From the NCBI GenBank assembly GCA_963816395.1, contig CAWFKQ010000002.1:1-64000 (forward strand): a stretch of DNA of 64,000 bases, written 5' to 3'. Under the pieces are notes generated by a model. It did no database searches. It was not told the DNA's origin and saw only the letters and a list, made by a program, of their open reading frames with translations. Source of the stretch: an uncultured delta proteobacterium (GTDB lineage Bacteria; Desulfobacterota; Desulfuromonadia; Desulfuromonadales; JACZKF01). Position numbers and translations under genes: made by a program. This document shows positions 12,041 to 23,957 of this stretch, one piece after another. Each line of letters opens with the position of its first letter. Within the stretch, counting starts at the first letter, position 1.

Positions 12041-13978
12041 GTGGCGGACCAGCAGGACAAAACGGCCGGGTTGCCGGGCGACGCCGCCTCGCCGGCCAAG
12101 GGAGAAGAAGAACACCGTCCCGCCTTGCTGCCCCTCTCTCTGACCGCCCTGGGAGTCGTCTACGGTGATATCGGCACCAGCCCCCTCTATGCCCTGCGCG
12201 AGTGCTTTCACGGCACGAACCGTTTCCCGGCGACTGCGGAAAACGTCCTGGGCGTTCTTTCCCTGATCTTCTGGGCGCTGATCCTGGTCATCTCCATCAA
12301 GTACCTGCTGTTCATCCTGCGCGCCGACAACCGCGGCGAAGGTGGAATACTCGCCCTGCTGGCCCTGCTGCATCCCTGGGGCGGGGGCCGCCGGCCGCCG
12401 CGGCGGGTGCTCCTGCTCCTCGGACTGTTCGGCGCCGCCCTGCTCTACGGGGATGGAGTCATTACCCCGGCCATCTCGGTGCTGAGCGCCGTGGAGGGTC
12501 TGCAGGTGGCCGCCCCGGCTACCGGGCACCTGATCCTGCCGCTTGCCATTCTTATCCTTATCCTGCTCTTCCTGTTCCAGAAGCGGGGTACGGCTGGCGT
12601 GGGGTCTGTCTTCGGACCGGTAATGGTGGTCTGGTTCGCCGTCCTCGCCCTGCTCGGCGTCGCCGGCATTCTCCGGGCGCCGGCAGTCCTGGCGGCGGTC
12701 GACCCGCGGCATGCCGTTTTTTTCTTCCTGCGCTACGGCGGCACCGGATTTCTGGTCCTGGGCACGGTTTTTCTGGTGGTCACGGGAGGGGAGGCGCTCT
12801 ATGCCGACATGGGGCATTTCGGCCCGCGGGCGATCCGCACCGCCTGGTTCGGCCTGGTCCTACCCGCCCTGCTGCTCAACTATTTCGGCCAGGGGGCGCT
12901 GCTGCTGCGATTCCCCGCCGAGGCGACCCAGCCATTCTATCATCTGGCCCCGGACTGGGCCCGCTATCCGCTGGTTCTGCTCGCCACCGCCGCCACGGTC
13001 ATTGCCTCGCAGGCGGTCATTTCCGGCGCCTTTTCCCTGACCCGGCAGGCGGTGCAGCTCGGTCAGCTGCCGCGCCTGCGCATCGTTCAGACTTCGGCTT
13101 CGGCCGTCGGCCAGATCTACATCCCCGCCGTCAACTGGCTGCTGATGATCGTCACCATCGCCCTGGTTCTCGGTTTCCGCACCTCCAGCCGTCTGGCCTC
13201 GGCCTATGGCGTGGCGGTCACCACCACCATGGTGATCACCACCGTTCTGGCCTTTTACTTCAGCCGCGAACATTGGGGGTGGAGCCGGGGAGTGGCCGCC
13301 TTGATCGCCGGTTTTTTCCTGACCATCGATCTTTCTTTTTTCAGCGCCAATATGACGAAGATCATCGAGGGGGGATGGTTTCCGCTGCTGGCGGGGGGAG
13401 TGGTCTATCTGCTCATGGCCACCTGGCGGCGAGGTCGGGAGATCCTTGCCGCCCGTCTGCAGGGAACGACCGAGCCGCTGGCCGATTTTCTGGCGCGGAT
13501 CACCGCCGAACCGCCGCTGCGGGTGCCGGGGACGGCGGTGTTCATGACCAGCCGGTTCGATGGCACGCCGCCGATGCTCCTGCATCACCTGGCGCACAAC
13601 CAGGTGCTGCACGAGAAAGTGATCCTGATGACGATCATCACCGAGGCTGTGCCGCGGGTGCCGGCGGCGGAGCGGCTGGAGATCACCCGCTCGGCCGGGG
13701 AGATCTACCAGGTTGCCGCCCATTACGGTTTCATGCAGAGCCCCAATGTTCCGGTCGCCCTGCGCGCCTGCGAGCCCCTCGGCCTGCACGTGGAAATGGA
13801 CTCCACCACCTTCTATCTCGGCCGCGAAACCCTCATCCCCACCCCCGAAGAGCCAGGAATGGCGGTCTGGCGGGAGAAGCTCTTCGCCTTCATGTCCCGC
13901 AATGCCCTGCGGTCCACGGCCTTCTTCAATATCCCGCCGGAGAGGGTCGTCGAGATCGGCATCCAGATCAAAATCTGA
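12041..13978 (+). CDS. kup: Potassium uptake transporter Kup
   Basis: LGVVYGDIGTSPLYA, DNRGEGGI, YGDGVITPAIS, GEALYADMGHFG. Confidence 0.96.
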   Translation: MADQQDKTAGLPGDAASPAKGEEEHRPALLPLSLTALGVVYGDIGTSPLYALRECFHGTNRFPATAENVLGVLSLIFWALILVISIKYLLFILRADNRGEGGILALLALLHPWGGGRRPPRRVLLLLGLFGAALLYGDGVITPAISVLSAVEGLQVAAPATGHLILPLAILILILLFLFQKRGTAGVGSVFGPVMVVWFAVLALLGVAGILRAPAVLAAVDPRHAVFFFLRYGGTGFLVLGTVFLVVTGGEALYADMGHFGPRAIRTAWFGLVLPALLLNYFGQGALLLRFPAEATQPFYHLAPDWARYPLVLLATAATVIASQAVISGAFSLTRQAVQLGQLPRLRIVQTSASAVGQIYIPAVNWLLMIVTIALVLGFRTSSRLASAYGVAVTTTMVITTVLAFYFSREHWGWSRGVAALIAGFFLTIDLSFFSANMTKIIEGGWFPLLAGGVVYLLMATWRRGREILAARLQGTTEPLADFLARITAEPPLRVPGTAVFMTSRFDGTPPMLLHHLAHNQVLHEKVILMTIITEAVPRVPAAERLEITRSAGEIYQVAAHYGFMQSPNVPVALRACEPLGLHVEMDSTTFYLGRETLIPTPEEPGMAVWREKLFAFMSRNALRSTAFFNIPPERVVEIGIQIKI

Positions 13979-14080
13979 AAGCCCGCGGACCAGACCGTGG
14001 GCTCCGCGGCCTGGTCAACCAACCTGCCTGAGTGAAATTCGTTTTTTTGAGTGCGGCCGGTTCGGCCGCAAGGGATGAGA

Positions 14081-14254
14081 TCAGAGCCTGCGCCGCAGTT
14101 CATGCTCCCAGCAGGTCTCTTCCCGGCCGCCCGGGGCCAGGAGCTTGTACCAGAATGTTTCGTCCGCTCTGGCTACCCGCATCACCGTCCGCGAACGAAG
14201 CCGATGGGAGCGCAGAACCCGATCACCGATGAAAAATTTGGGGTACCTCACCAT
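14081..14254 (-). CDS. Small hypothetical protein (57 aa), possible SH3-like barrel; absent from ORF track
   Basis: GGAGG just upstream of ATG; MVRYPKFFIGDRVLRSHRLRSRTVMRVARADETFWYKLLAPGGREETCWEHELRRRL. Confidence 0.55.
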   Translation of the reverse strand: MVRYPKFFIGDRVLRSHRLRSRTVMRVARADETFWYKLLAPGGREETCWEHELRRRL

Positions 14255-14437
14255 CGCCTCCAGATGTGGCAGAAATTTCCCTTTAGTATAATGAGGTGTT
14301 CATTAATTTCAATCTATTTTAATTGTTTTTTCCTCACTATTGCAACCGGAGGAAATTATGTTAGTCCTAATGGTAAAAGAGCCCTGCAGGCCTCTGCGGC
14401 CATCAACGCCGTCCTGCAGGGCTCGCAAGCCTTTCCC

Positions 14438-14466
14438 GCCTCGGAGGTCAACCTCCGGGGCTTTTT
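14438..14466 (+). terminator. Intrinsic terminator
   Basis: GCCTCGGAGG/CCTCCGGGGC stem followed by T5. Confidence 0.75.
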
Positions 14467-14639
14467 CATTTCTGAGGCGCGCTGCCCAGATGACTCCTTC
14501 CCCCTGAAGCTCCCGCCTGCGACTCTGCTTGCGCCAATCCCCGTCTTTTGATCAGGTCCATAATTTACTGCCGGTCGCACTCTGTTTACCAGGCCTGACA
14601 CTGCGGGACACAAAAAAATCCGGCAGAAATTCCGGAGCT

Positions 14640-14681
14640 TTGACCTGGGTCAAGGGAAGTCATAAAAAGGCATTTTATTAT
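14640..14681 (+). promoter_or_regulatory. Crp/Fnr-family (HcpR/Fnr-like) box and -10 of nar operon
   Basis: TTGAC-CTGG-GTCAA 14640-14653; TATTAT 14676-14681. Confidence 0.75.
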
Positions 14682-14721
14682 TTCCGGCGGGGTGAAGAAG
14701 GCAAAAACCGGGAGGTAAGGG

Positions 14722-15621
14722 ATGGAGAAGAGAGCACGAAGACGACATGCAGCGGTACTCGCCGGCATCCTGCTGATCATGGGGGCTCTGGCCGTGCGGG
14801 GGATTCCGGAGCCCGGGGCGGAGGCTGCCGGTCAGGATGCCGATGGACAGGTGTCCTCCCGGGAATTCGCCGGTCAAGCCGAGCGCGGGGAGAAAATATT
14901 TCGCGACAAGTGCGCTGCCTGTCATTCCCTGGGTGATGGCAGACAGTCGATAGGCCCCGATCTGGCCGGAGTGACGGAACGGCGCGATCCCGTCTGGCTG
15001 AAACGCTTCATTCTGGAGCCGGACCGGTTGTTCGCCGAAAAGGAGCCGCTGGCGGCAGAGCTGCTGGCGAAGTACTCCATGCCGATGCCGAATCTCCAGC
15101 TGACCGCGGCGGAGGTCGAAGACGTTTTCCTTTATCTGCAGCATCCCGGCGAAGCGCAACACCATCCGGAACCAAAGGCGGCCGCCGTGCCTGCCGGCGA
15201 TCCCCGCCTGGGGGAATCGCTCTTTGCCGGCACACTCTCTTTTGCCAAGGGGGGCGCGCCCTGTCTGGCCTGCCATGCCATCGCCGGCGCCGGCCTCGGC
15301 ACGGCCGCCGGGGCAAGCTATGGCCCCGATCTGAGCGCCCTGTACGAAGATTATGGCGATGAAGGCGTCGCTTCCATTCTTGGTTCCCTACCTTTCCCGA
15401 GCATGGAAGCGATCTATGCCAAACGGCCGCTGACGCCGGAAGAGCAGGTGAACCTGACGGCTTTCCTGCAGGAAGTGAGCGGCCGCGCCGCGCCGAGCAT
15501 CGCCGGCTCGCTGCTGATCCAGGTGGTGGCCGGCATCGGCATCGCCTTCCTGGTCCTGTACCTCTTCGGCCGGCGCCGCCTGCCGCCGGTCCGCCGGTCG
15601 CTGGTCGATCAGAACAAGTGA
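14722..15621 (+). CDS. Membrane-anchored diheme cytochrome c (NarC-like)
   Basis: Signal/TM N-terminus, CAACH and CLACH, GPDL motifs, C-terminal TM helix; directly upstream of narG. Confidence 0.85.
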   Translation: MEKRARRRHAAVLAGILLIMGALAVRGIPEPGAEAAGQDADGQVSSREFAGQAERGEKIFRDKCAACHSLGDGRQSIGPDLAGVTERRDPVWLKRFILEPDRLFAEKEPLAAELLAKYSMPMPNLQLTAAEVEDVFLYLQHPGEAQHHPEPKAAAVPAGDPRLGESLFAGTLSFAKGGAPCLACHAIAGAGLGTAAGASYGPDLSALYEDYGDEGVASILGSLPFPSMEAIYAKRPLTPEEQVNLTAFLQEVSGRAAPSIAGSLLIQVVAGIGIAFLVLYLFGRRRLPPVRRSLVDQNK

Positions 15622-15689
15622 ATTAGCGACGCGGCAGGGGATAGAAAAGCTTCCCTGCCGTTTCCATCCGTTTGCGAGGGAGAGAGTAC

Positions 15690-18600
15690 ATGAGCTGGAT
15701 CAAGGACATCATCGACCCCAAGGCCCGCCGCTGGGAAGAGTTCTACCGCAATCGTAATCAATGCGACAAAGTTGTCCGCAGTACGCATGGCGTCAACTGT
15801 ACCGGCAGCTGTTCCTGGAACGTGCATGTCAAGGACGGGATTGTCGGCTGGGAACTGCAGGCCACCGATTACCCGCCGCTGGCAGCCGGACTGCCGCCCT
15901 ACGAACCCCGCGGCTGCCAGCGCGGCATTTCCTTCTCCTGGTATCTCTACAGCCCGCTGCGGATCAAATACCCCTATCTGCGCGGCAAACTCACCGATCT
16001 CTGGCGAGCCGCCAAAGCCCAGCACAGCGACCCGGTCGCGGCCTGGGCGTCGATCGTCGAGGATGAAGGCAAACGTCGCAGCTACCAGCAGGCGCGCGGC
16101 AAGGGCGGCTTCCGCCGTTCGAGCTGGGAGGAGGTGGAGGAGATCATCGCCGCCTCGACCGTCTACACCATCAAAAAACATGGTGCCGACCGGCTGGTCG
16201 GCTTCTCGCCGATCCCGGCCATGTCGATGCTCAGCTTCGCCGGCGGCTCGCGCTTCATGCAGCTGCTCGGCGGCGCCAATCTGAGTTTTTACGACTGGTA
16301 CTGCGATCTGCCGAACGCCTCCCCGGAAATCTGGGGAGAGCAGACCGACGTCGCGGAATCCGCCGACTGGTACAACAGCAAATTCATCGCCGTCATGGGC
16401 TCGAACCCCGGGATGACCCGTACCCCGGATGTGCACTACCTGACCGAAGCGCGCCACAACGGCTCCAAGGTCTGCATCCTCTCGCCCGACTTCAGCATGA
16501 CCTCGAAGTTCGGCGACCAGTGGATTCCGGTGCACGCCGGGCAGGACGGCGCCTTCTGGATGGCCGTCAACCACGTCATCCTCAGCGAGTTCCACCACCG
16601 GACCAAGACCCCCTATTTCGTCGATTACCTCAAGCGCTACACCGATACCCCCTTCCTCATCGAGCTGGAAGAAAAGGACGGCGGCTATACCCCGGGGCGG
16701 ATGGCCAGGGCGGGGCACCTCGAGCGCTATAAGGATGAGGACAAGGCCGACTTTAAATTTCTCGTCTGGGATGAAGAAAGCCAGCAGCCGCGCATGCCGC
16801 TCGGCACCCTCGGCTTCCGCTGGCAGCAGCAGAAGGGGGAGTGGAACCTGCAGATGAAGGACGGCCAGGACGGCAAGCCGATCGCCCCCCAGCTCTCCCT
16901 GCGCGATTCCCAAGCCGCGGTCCTGCAGGTCGCCTTTGACGACTTTTCCGATGGCCGCACGGTCCGGCGCGGCGTCCCGGTGCAGTATCTGGAGACCGCC
17001 AAGGGGCGGGTGCCGGTCACCACCGTCTTCGATCTGCTGATGGCCCAGTTCGGCGTCAACCGCGATCTGGAGGGCGATTACCCGCAGAGCTATGATTCCG
17101 AAGAGAGCGCCTACACCCCGGCCTGGCAGGAAAAACACACCGGCATCGACCGCGCCAGTGTCATCCAGTTCGCCCGCGAATGGGCCTCGACCGCCGAGAA
17201 GACCGAAGGCAAATGCTCGATCATCATCGGCGCCGGCATCAACCACTGGTATCACTCGAACCTGATCTATCGCGCCGGGATCGTCTCGCTGATGCTCTGC
17301 GGCTGCGTCGGCAAGAACGGCGGCGGCCTCAACCATTATGTCGGCCAGGAGAAACTGGCCCCGATCGCTCCCTGGGGCACCATCATGGGCGCCCTCGACT
17401 GGAGCAAACCGCCCCGTTTCCAGAATGCCCCCTCCTATCACTATGTCCACAGCGATCAGTGGCGCTACGAACGGACCGCCGATGAAATGCAGATCAACCC
17501 GGCGGCGAAAAAGAACCATATCACCGAAGGGCACACCATCGATCACCAGATCCGCGCCGTGCGCAACGGCTGGCTCCCGTTCTATCCGCAGTTCGATCGC
17601 AGCCCGAGCGAAGCGGTCAAGCAGGCCGAGGCCGCCGGCGCGAAGAGCGACCAGGAGATCGTCGACTGGACCGTCCGGCAACTGACCGAAAAGAAGATGA
17701 AGTTCGCCGTCGAGGACCCGGACGCGCCGGAAAACTGGCCGCGCATGTGGATCATCTGGCGCGGCAACGCGCTGATGTCCAGCGCCAAGGGGCACGAGTA
17801 TTTCCTCAAGCATTACCTCGGCACCCACACCAACACGGTGGCCCCGGAAACCGCCAAAGAGTCGGTCAAGGATGTCGTCTGGCGCGACCAGGCGCCGGAG
17901 GGGAAACTCGACCTGGTGGTCGATATCAACTTCCGCATGGACACCTCGGCCCTCTACTCGGACATCGTCCTGCCGACCGCCACCTGGTACGAAAAGGACG
18001 ATCTCAACACCACCGACATGCACTCCTACATCCACCCGCTGCAGGCGGCGGTTTCCCCCTGCTGGGAGTCGCGCAGCGACTGGGATATCTTCAAGGCCCT
18101 GGCGAAACGGGTCAGCGCACTGGCCGAAACCCACCTGCCCGAGCCGGTGCGCGACATCGTCGCCGTGCCGCTGGCCCACGACACCCCGGCCGAGATGGCG
18201 CAGCCGGAAATCAAGGACTGGAGCAAAGGGGAGTGCGCGGCGATCCCTGGCAAGACCATGCCGAATCTGGTGGTGGTCGAGCGGGACTACAAAAATCTCT
18301 ACAACCGTTTCATCTCCTTCGGCCCCGGCGCCCGCGCCAACGGCATCGGCGCCCATGGCCTCAGCTGGCCGATCGAGGAGTTCTACGATGAGCTGCTCGA
18401 AACCCGGCCGACGGTTGCCTGGAACGGAGCGAAATATCCCTCTCTGGTCGACGCCCGGGATGCCGCCGAGATCGTCCTGCACCTGGCGCCGGAGACCAAC
18501 GGCGAGGCCGCCTACAAGGCCTTTCAGGCCGAGGAAGCCAAGGTCGGCATGCCGCTGGTCGATCTGGCGGAAAAAAGCCGCAGCGTGCGGACGACTTTCG

Positions 18601-19313
18601 CCGACCTCGACCGGCAGCCGCGCCGCCTGCTGACCAGCCCCTGCTGGAGCGGCCTGACCAACGAAGGCCGCGCCTACTCGGCTTACACCCTCAATGTCGA
18701 ACGGCTGGTGCCCTGGCGGACCCTGACCGGCCGGCAGCACTTCTACCTCGACCACGAGAGCTATATCGCCTTTGGCGAGCACCTGCCGACCTATAAGCCG
18801 AAGCCGGATCCGAGCGTACTGCAGGACCTGGTGGTCACCGCCACTGAGGAACAGAGCATCATGCTCAACTACCTGACGCCGCATGGCAAATGGAGCATCC
18901 ACAGCACCTATGGCGACAACCACCGGATGCTGACCCTCTCGCGCGGCTGCCACCCTTTCTGGATCAACGATAAGGATGCCGCCGAGATCGGCGTGGTCGA
19001 TAACGACTGGGTCGAGGTCTACAACGATCACGGCGTGGTGGTCACCCGGGCCATCGTCACCACCCGGATCCCGCGCGGCATTTCCCTGCTCTACCATTCA
19101 CCGGAGCGGACCGTCGGCGTCCCCAAATCGCCGCTGCGCGGCAACCGGAGGGGGGGCGGGCACAACAGCCTTAACCGGGTGCGGCTGAAGCCCAATCTGA
19201 TGGTCGGCGGCTATGGCCAGTTCACCTACGGCTGGAACTACTGGGGGCCGACCGGTGCCAACCGCGACACCTTCATCCTGGTGCGCAAGCTGACCGGGGA
19301 GCCGAAATGGTGA
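15690..19313 (+). CDS. narG: Respiratory nitrate reductase alpha subunit
   Basis: [41 protein letters not shown]. Confidence 0.98.
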   Translation: MSWIKDIIDPKARRWEEFYRNRNQCDKVVRSTHGVNCTGSCSWNVHVKDGIVGWELQATDYPPLAAGLPPYEPRGCQRGISFSWYLYSPLRIKYPYLRGKLTDLWRAAKAQHSDPVAAWASIVEDEGKRRSYQQARGKGGFRRSSWEEVEEIIAASTVYTIKKHGADRLVGFSPIPAMSMLSFAGGSRFMQLLGGANLSFYDWYCDLPNASPEIWGEQTDVAESADWYNSKFIAVMGSNPGMTRTPDVHYLTEARHNGSKVCILSPDFSMTSKFGDQWIPVHAGQDGAFWMAVNHVILSEFHHRTKTPYFVDYLKRYTDTPFLIELEEKDGGYTPGRMARAGHLERYKDEDKADFKFLVWDEESQQPRMPLGTLGFRWQQQKGEWNLQMKDGQDGKPIAPQLSLRDSQAAVLQVAFDDFSDGRTVRRGVPVQYLETAKGRVPVTTVFDLLMAQFGVNRDLEGDYPQSYDSEESAYTPAWQEKHTGIDRASVIQFAREWASTAEKTEGKCSIIIGAGINHWYHSNLIYRAGIVSLMLCGCVGKNGGGLNHYVGQEKLAPIAPWGTIMGALDWSKPPRFQNAPSYHYVHSDQWRYERTADEMQINPAAKKNHITEGHTIDHQIRAVRNGWLPFYPQFDRSPSEAVKQAEAAGAKSDQEIVDWTVRQLTEKKMKFAVEDPDAPENWPRMWIIWRGNALMSSAKGHEYFLKHYLGTHTNTVAPETAKESVKDVVWRDQAPEGKLDLVVDINFRMDTSALYSDIVLPTATWYEKDDLNTTDMHSYIHPLQAAVSPCWESRSDWDIFKALAKRVSALAETHLPEPVRDIVAVPLAHDTPAEMAQPEIKDWSKGECAAIPGKTMPNLVVVERDYKNLYNRFISFGPGARANGIGAHGLSWPIEEFYDELLETRPTVAWNGAKYPSLVDARDAAEIVLHLAPETNGEAAYKAFQAEEAKVGMPLVDLAEKSRSVRTTFADLDRQPRRLLTSPCWSGLTNEGRAYSAYTLNVERLVPWRTLTGRQHFYLDHESYIAFGEHLPTYKPKPDPSVLQDLVVTATEEQSIMLNYLTPHGKWSIHSTYGDNHRMLTLSRGCHPFWINDKDAAEIGVVDNDWVEVYNDHGVVVTRAIVTTRIPRGISLLYHSPERTVGVPKSPLRGNRRGGGHNSLNRVRLKPNLMVGGYGQFTYGWNYWGPTGANRDTFILVRKLTGEPKW

Positions 19314-19331
19314 GGGGGCAGGCAAGGGGCG

Positions 19332-19417
19332 GGGCACGGCACGCCAGGGCACGGCACGCCGTGCCCCTACAGAAGACCGTTACGATATCCCGCGTAGGGG
19401 CACGGCGTGCCGTGCCC
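19332..19417. repeat. Inverted pair of GTAG-family REPs plus partial copy
   Basis: GGGCACGGCACGCCGTGCCCCTAC 19347-19370, its exact reverse complement 19394-19417, partial copy 19332-19345. Confidence 0.85.
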
Positions 19418-19449
19418 ATCCGGCCGGCAAACGATAAAGGAGAAAACCC

Positions 19450-20937
<1,488 letters not shown>

Positions 20938-20939
20938 GC

Positions 20940-21485
20940 ATGGACCCTATGGCGACCCATCAGGACCTTTGCCGGCAGTTCGCCGCGCTGCTGGACTACC
21001 CCGCCGCCGATCTGCGGCAGACCGCCGCCGACTGCCTGGAACAGCTGCGGGGGAACCGTCCGGAAGTGGCGGCACAGCTGCTTCCCTTTGCCGATTTTCT
21101 GGCCGCCAGCGACCGGTCCCGGATCGAGGAGGTTTTCACCGCGACCTTCGACCTGCAACCGCTCTGCCATCCCTACGTCGGCTATCAGCTCTGCGGCGAA
21201 AGCCAGCAGCGCACCATGTTCCTGATGAAGCTGCAGGAGCTCTACCGGGAACATGACTTTCGAACCGGGAGTGAACTGCCGGATCACCTGAGCGAGATGC
21301 TGCGTTTTATCGGCTGCGTCAACGATGTGCACTGCCGCCGGGAACTGATCGACGATGGTCTGTTGCCGGCCCTGGAAAAGATCATTCAAGGCATAGACAA
21401 CGATGACCACCCCTATCAGGGGCTGCTCAAGACCCTGCACAGCTTTCTCAGCGAACGCAGCGCGGAAAAAGGAGCACACTCATGA
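20940..21485 (+). CDS. narJ: Nitrate reductase chaperone
   Basis: LLDYP, TFDL, ELPDHL; position in operon. Confidence 0.9.
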   Translation: MDPMATHQDLCRQFAALLDYPAADLRQTAADCLEQLRGNRPEVAAQLLPFADFLAASDRSRIEEVFTATFDLQPLCHPYVGYQLCGESQQRTMFLMKLQELYREHDFRTGSELPDHLSEMLRFIGCVNDVHCRRELIDDGLLPALEKIIQGIDNDDHPYQGLLKTLHSFLSERSAEKGAHS

Positions 21486-22147
21486 TCGACCTGATTCTCT
21501 TCGGCGTCTTCCCTTACGTGGCCGTCGCCCTGGCGGTGGCCGTCGGCATCTACCGCTATTGTTTCGACCGTTATTCCTATTCGTCACAATCATCGCAGTT
21601 TCTGGAGAGCAAGGCGCTGTTCTGGGGGTCGGTTCCCTGGCACTACGCCATCCTGCTGATTCTGCTCGCCCATACCCTGGCCTTTCTGTTCCCCGGCGCC
21701 TGGGGAGAACTGGCCGGCCGGCCGCTGCGCCTCTATCTGCTGGAGACGACCGGACTGGTCCTGGGGGCGATGGCGGTACTCGGGGTGGCGCTTCTGCTGC
21801 TGCGGCGGACGAAGGACCCGCGCCTGGTCGCCGTCACCTCGCCCATGGACTGGGTCGTTCTGGTGCTGCTGCTGGTCCAGGTGGCCACCGGCGTCTACAT
21901 CGCCTTCACCCTGCGCTGGGGGTCGGTCTGGTACCTGCACACCGCCGTCCCCTGGCTCTGGTCGCTGTTGAAGCTCGATCCGCAGGTGCAGTTCCTGGCG
22001 GCCCTGCCCTGGGTGGTCAAGCTGCACGCGGCCAATGTCTTCCTGCTGATCGCCATCTTCCCCTTCTCCCGCCTGGTGCACCTGGTCTCCATCCCCTTCA
22101 CCTACCTGGGGCGGCCGGCGCAGGTGGTGGTGTGGAATAAGCGGTAG
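21482..22147 (+). CDS. narI: Nitrate reductase gamma subunit (cytochrome b)
   Basis: SSQSSQFLE, WHYAI..AH, KLH..FPFSRLVH. Confidence 0.95.
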   Translation: MIDLILFGVFPYVAVALAVAVGIYRYCFDRYSYSSQSSQFLESKALFWGSVPWHYAILLILLAHTLAFLFPGAWGELAGRPLRLYLLETTGLVLGAMAVLGVALLLLRRTKDPRLVAVTSPMDWVVLVLLLVQVATGVYIAFTLRWGSVWYLHTAVPWLWSLLKLDPQVQFLAALPWVVKLHAANVFLLIAIFPFSRLVHLVSIPFTYLGRPAQVVVWNKR

Positions 22148-22210
22148 ACACTCAAGGCTCTCTGGAATCCACAGCATTCCGATTTGGTGCCGGTGAACTA
22201 CCGCTCCCTG

Positions 22211-22237
22211 CCCCCCTTGCCCAAGGGGGGTTGTTTT
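22211..22237 (+). terminator. Terminator after narI
   Basis: CCCCCCTTG/CAAGGGGGG stem then TTGTTTT. Confidence 0.7.
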
Positions 22238-22286
22238 CTGGGTGGGCTCGCCCGACCCGAGGCTAAAATGGGAAAAAAATAATGTT

Positions 22287-22328
22287 TTGACGTGGGTCAA
22301 GGAACCTCGCCGGGCGGCGAGGTATAGA
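22287..22328 (+). promoter_or_regulatory. Crp/Fnr-family box and -10 of narK genes
   Basis: TTGAC-GTGG-GTCAA 22287-22300; TATAGA 22323-22328. Confidence 0.75.
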
Positions 22329-22424
22329 AGAGATACCCTGGATGGATCAGCAAGTCTCTCATGATTTTCATTGGAATCGGAAGGGTGCAGAAGCCCGCTT
22401 TCACCCGTCCTGGGGAGGGTCATT

Positions 22425-23930
22425 ATGGAGAAAGTCGCCACCGGCAAGTCCCACAAGATCCTGTTCCTGAACACCCTGGCCTTCACCGTCTGCTTTGCCG
22501 CCTGGATGTTCAACGGCGTGCTGGTGACCTTCCTGGTCGACAACCAGGTGTTCAAGTGGGGCCCGGTGCAGATCGGCTGGCTGCTGGGGATTCCGGTACT
22601 GGCCGGGTCGCTCTTCCGCCTGCCGGCCGGCATGCTGACCGACAAGTTCGGCGGCAAGCCGGTCTACGGCACCCTGCTGCTGCTCTGCGCCGTCCCCATG
22701 TACCTGCTGTCGAAGGCCGACAGCTTCCTGGTCCTTCGCCCTGTGCAGCTTCGGCTTCGGCCTGGCCGGGGTGAGCTTTTCCATCGGCATCGCCTTCACC
22801 TCCGTCTGGTATCCCGCGGCACCGCCAGGGAACCGCCCTGGGGATCTTCGGCGCCGGCAACGCCGGTGCCGCCCTGACCACCCTGTTCGCTCCCACGCTG
22901 CTCAACCGTTTGACCGAACAACGGCGCCCATCCTCGAAGGCTGGCGGCAGCTGCCGGTCTACTACGCGCTGCTGCTGGCGGGCATGGGCGTTATCTTCTT
23001 CCTCTTCGCCGAGAACAGGAAACCGGCGACCAACGGCAAATCGTTCCGCCAGATGCTGCGCCCTCTGAGCGACGTCCGCGTCTGGCGCTTCGGCCTCTAC
23101 TACTTCCTGGTCTTCGGCTGCTTTGTCGCCTTCTCCCAGTGGCTCGTCCCCTACTTCGTCAACGTCTACTACCTGCCCCTGGTCACCGCCGGGCTGTTCG
23201 CTTCCCTGTTCAGCATCCCCTCCGGGGTGATCCGCGCCTTTGGCGGCTGGCTGTCCGACAAGTTCGGCGGCCGCGAGGTCATGTACTGGGTGCTGGGCGC
23301 CTCGACCCTCATCAGCCTGCTGGTGATCATGCCGAAGATGGAGATCTACTCCCCCGGCCGCGGCGTGATGGCGAAGCGCGGCGGGGTGGTGACAGAGGTG
23401 ACCGCTACGAGCGATCACCGTCGGCGAGGCATCCTATGCCCTCCGGGAGAAGCCGGAGCTGGAGAACTTCGATGGCCGGCTGCTGATCCTGCCCACCAAG
23501 CAGATCTGGCAGGAGCCGGTGGTCGAGCCCGGGCAGACGGTAAAAAAGAAGGAGCTGCTGGCCAAGGGGGTCACCCGCATCTTCTTTCAGGCCAACATGT
23601 GGATCTTCGCCGGCCTCGTCTTTCTTCTCGGCAGCATCTGGGGGATCGGCAAGGCGGCGGTGTATAAACTGATTCCCGACTATTTTCCGGAGGAGGTGGG
23701 GGTGGTCGGCGGCATGGTGGGAGTGCTGGGGGGCCTGGGCGGCTTCGTCTGCCCCATCGTCTTCGGCTATCTGCTGCAAGGGACCGGGCTGTGGACGAGT
23801 TGCTGGATCTTCATGTTCGCCCTTTCCCTGGTCTGCCTGCGCTGCGATGCACCTGGCGGTGAAGAAAGATGATGAGGGAAAAGCATCCCCGGGATATGCG
23901 TCTGATCGAAGGAATCACCGACATCCATAA
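22425..23930 (+). CDS. narK: NarK family nitrate/nitrite MFS transporter 1 (several frameshifts)
   Basis: CFAAWM, GSLFRLPAGMLTDKFGG, GAGNAG, VWRFGLYYFLVFGCFVA, GGMVGVLGGLGGF. Confidence 0.85.
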
Positions 23931-23957
23931 GCGAAAACGAGCTGAAGGAGTCGGAAC

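Noticed and set aside
14501..14513. 13-nt match CCCCTGAAGCTCC to spacer 8 (2536-2567)
   Set aside because: Flanks do not match; too short to call self-targeting.
15609..19097. Long antisense ORFs (also 3738-6296, 26960-28849, 54506-56575)
   Set aside because: Shadow frames of high-GC genes with no motifs.
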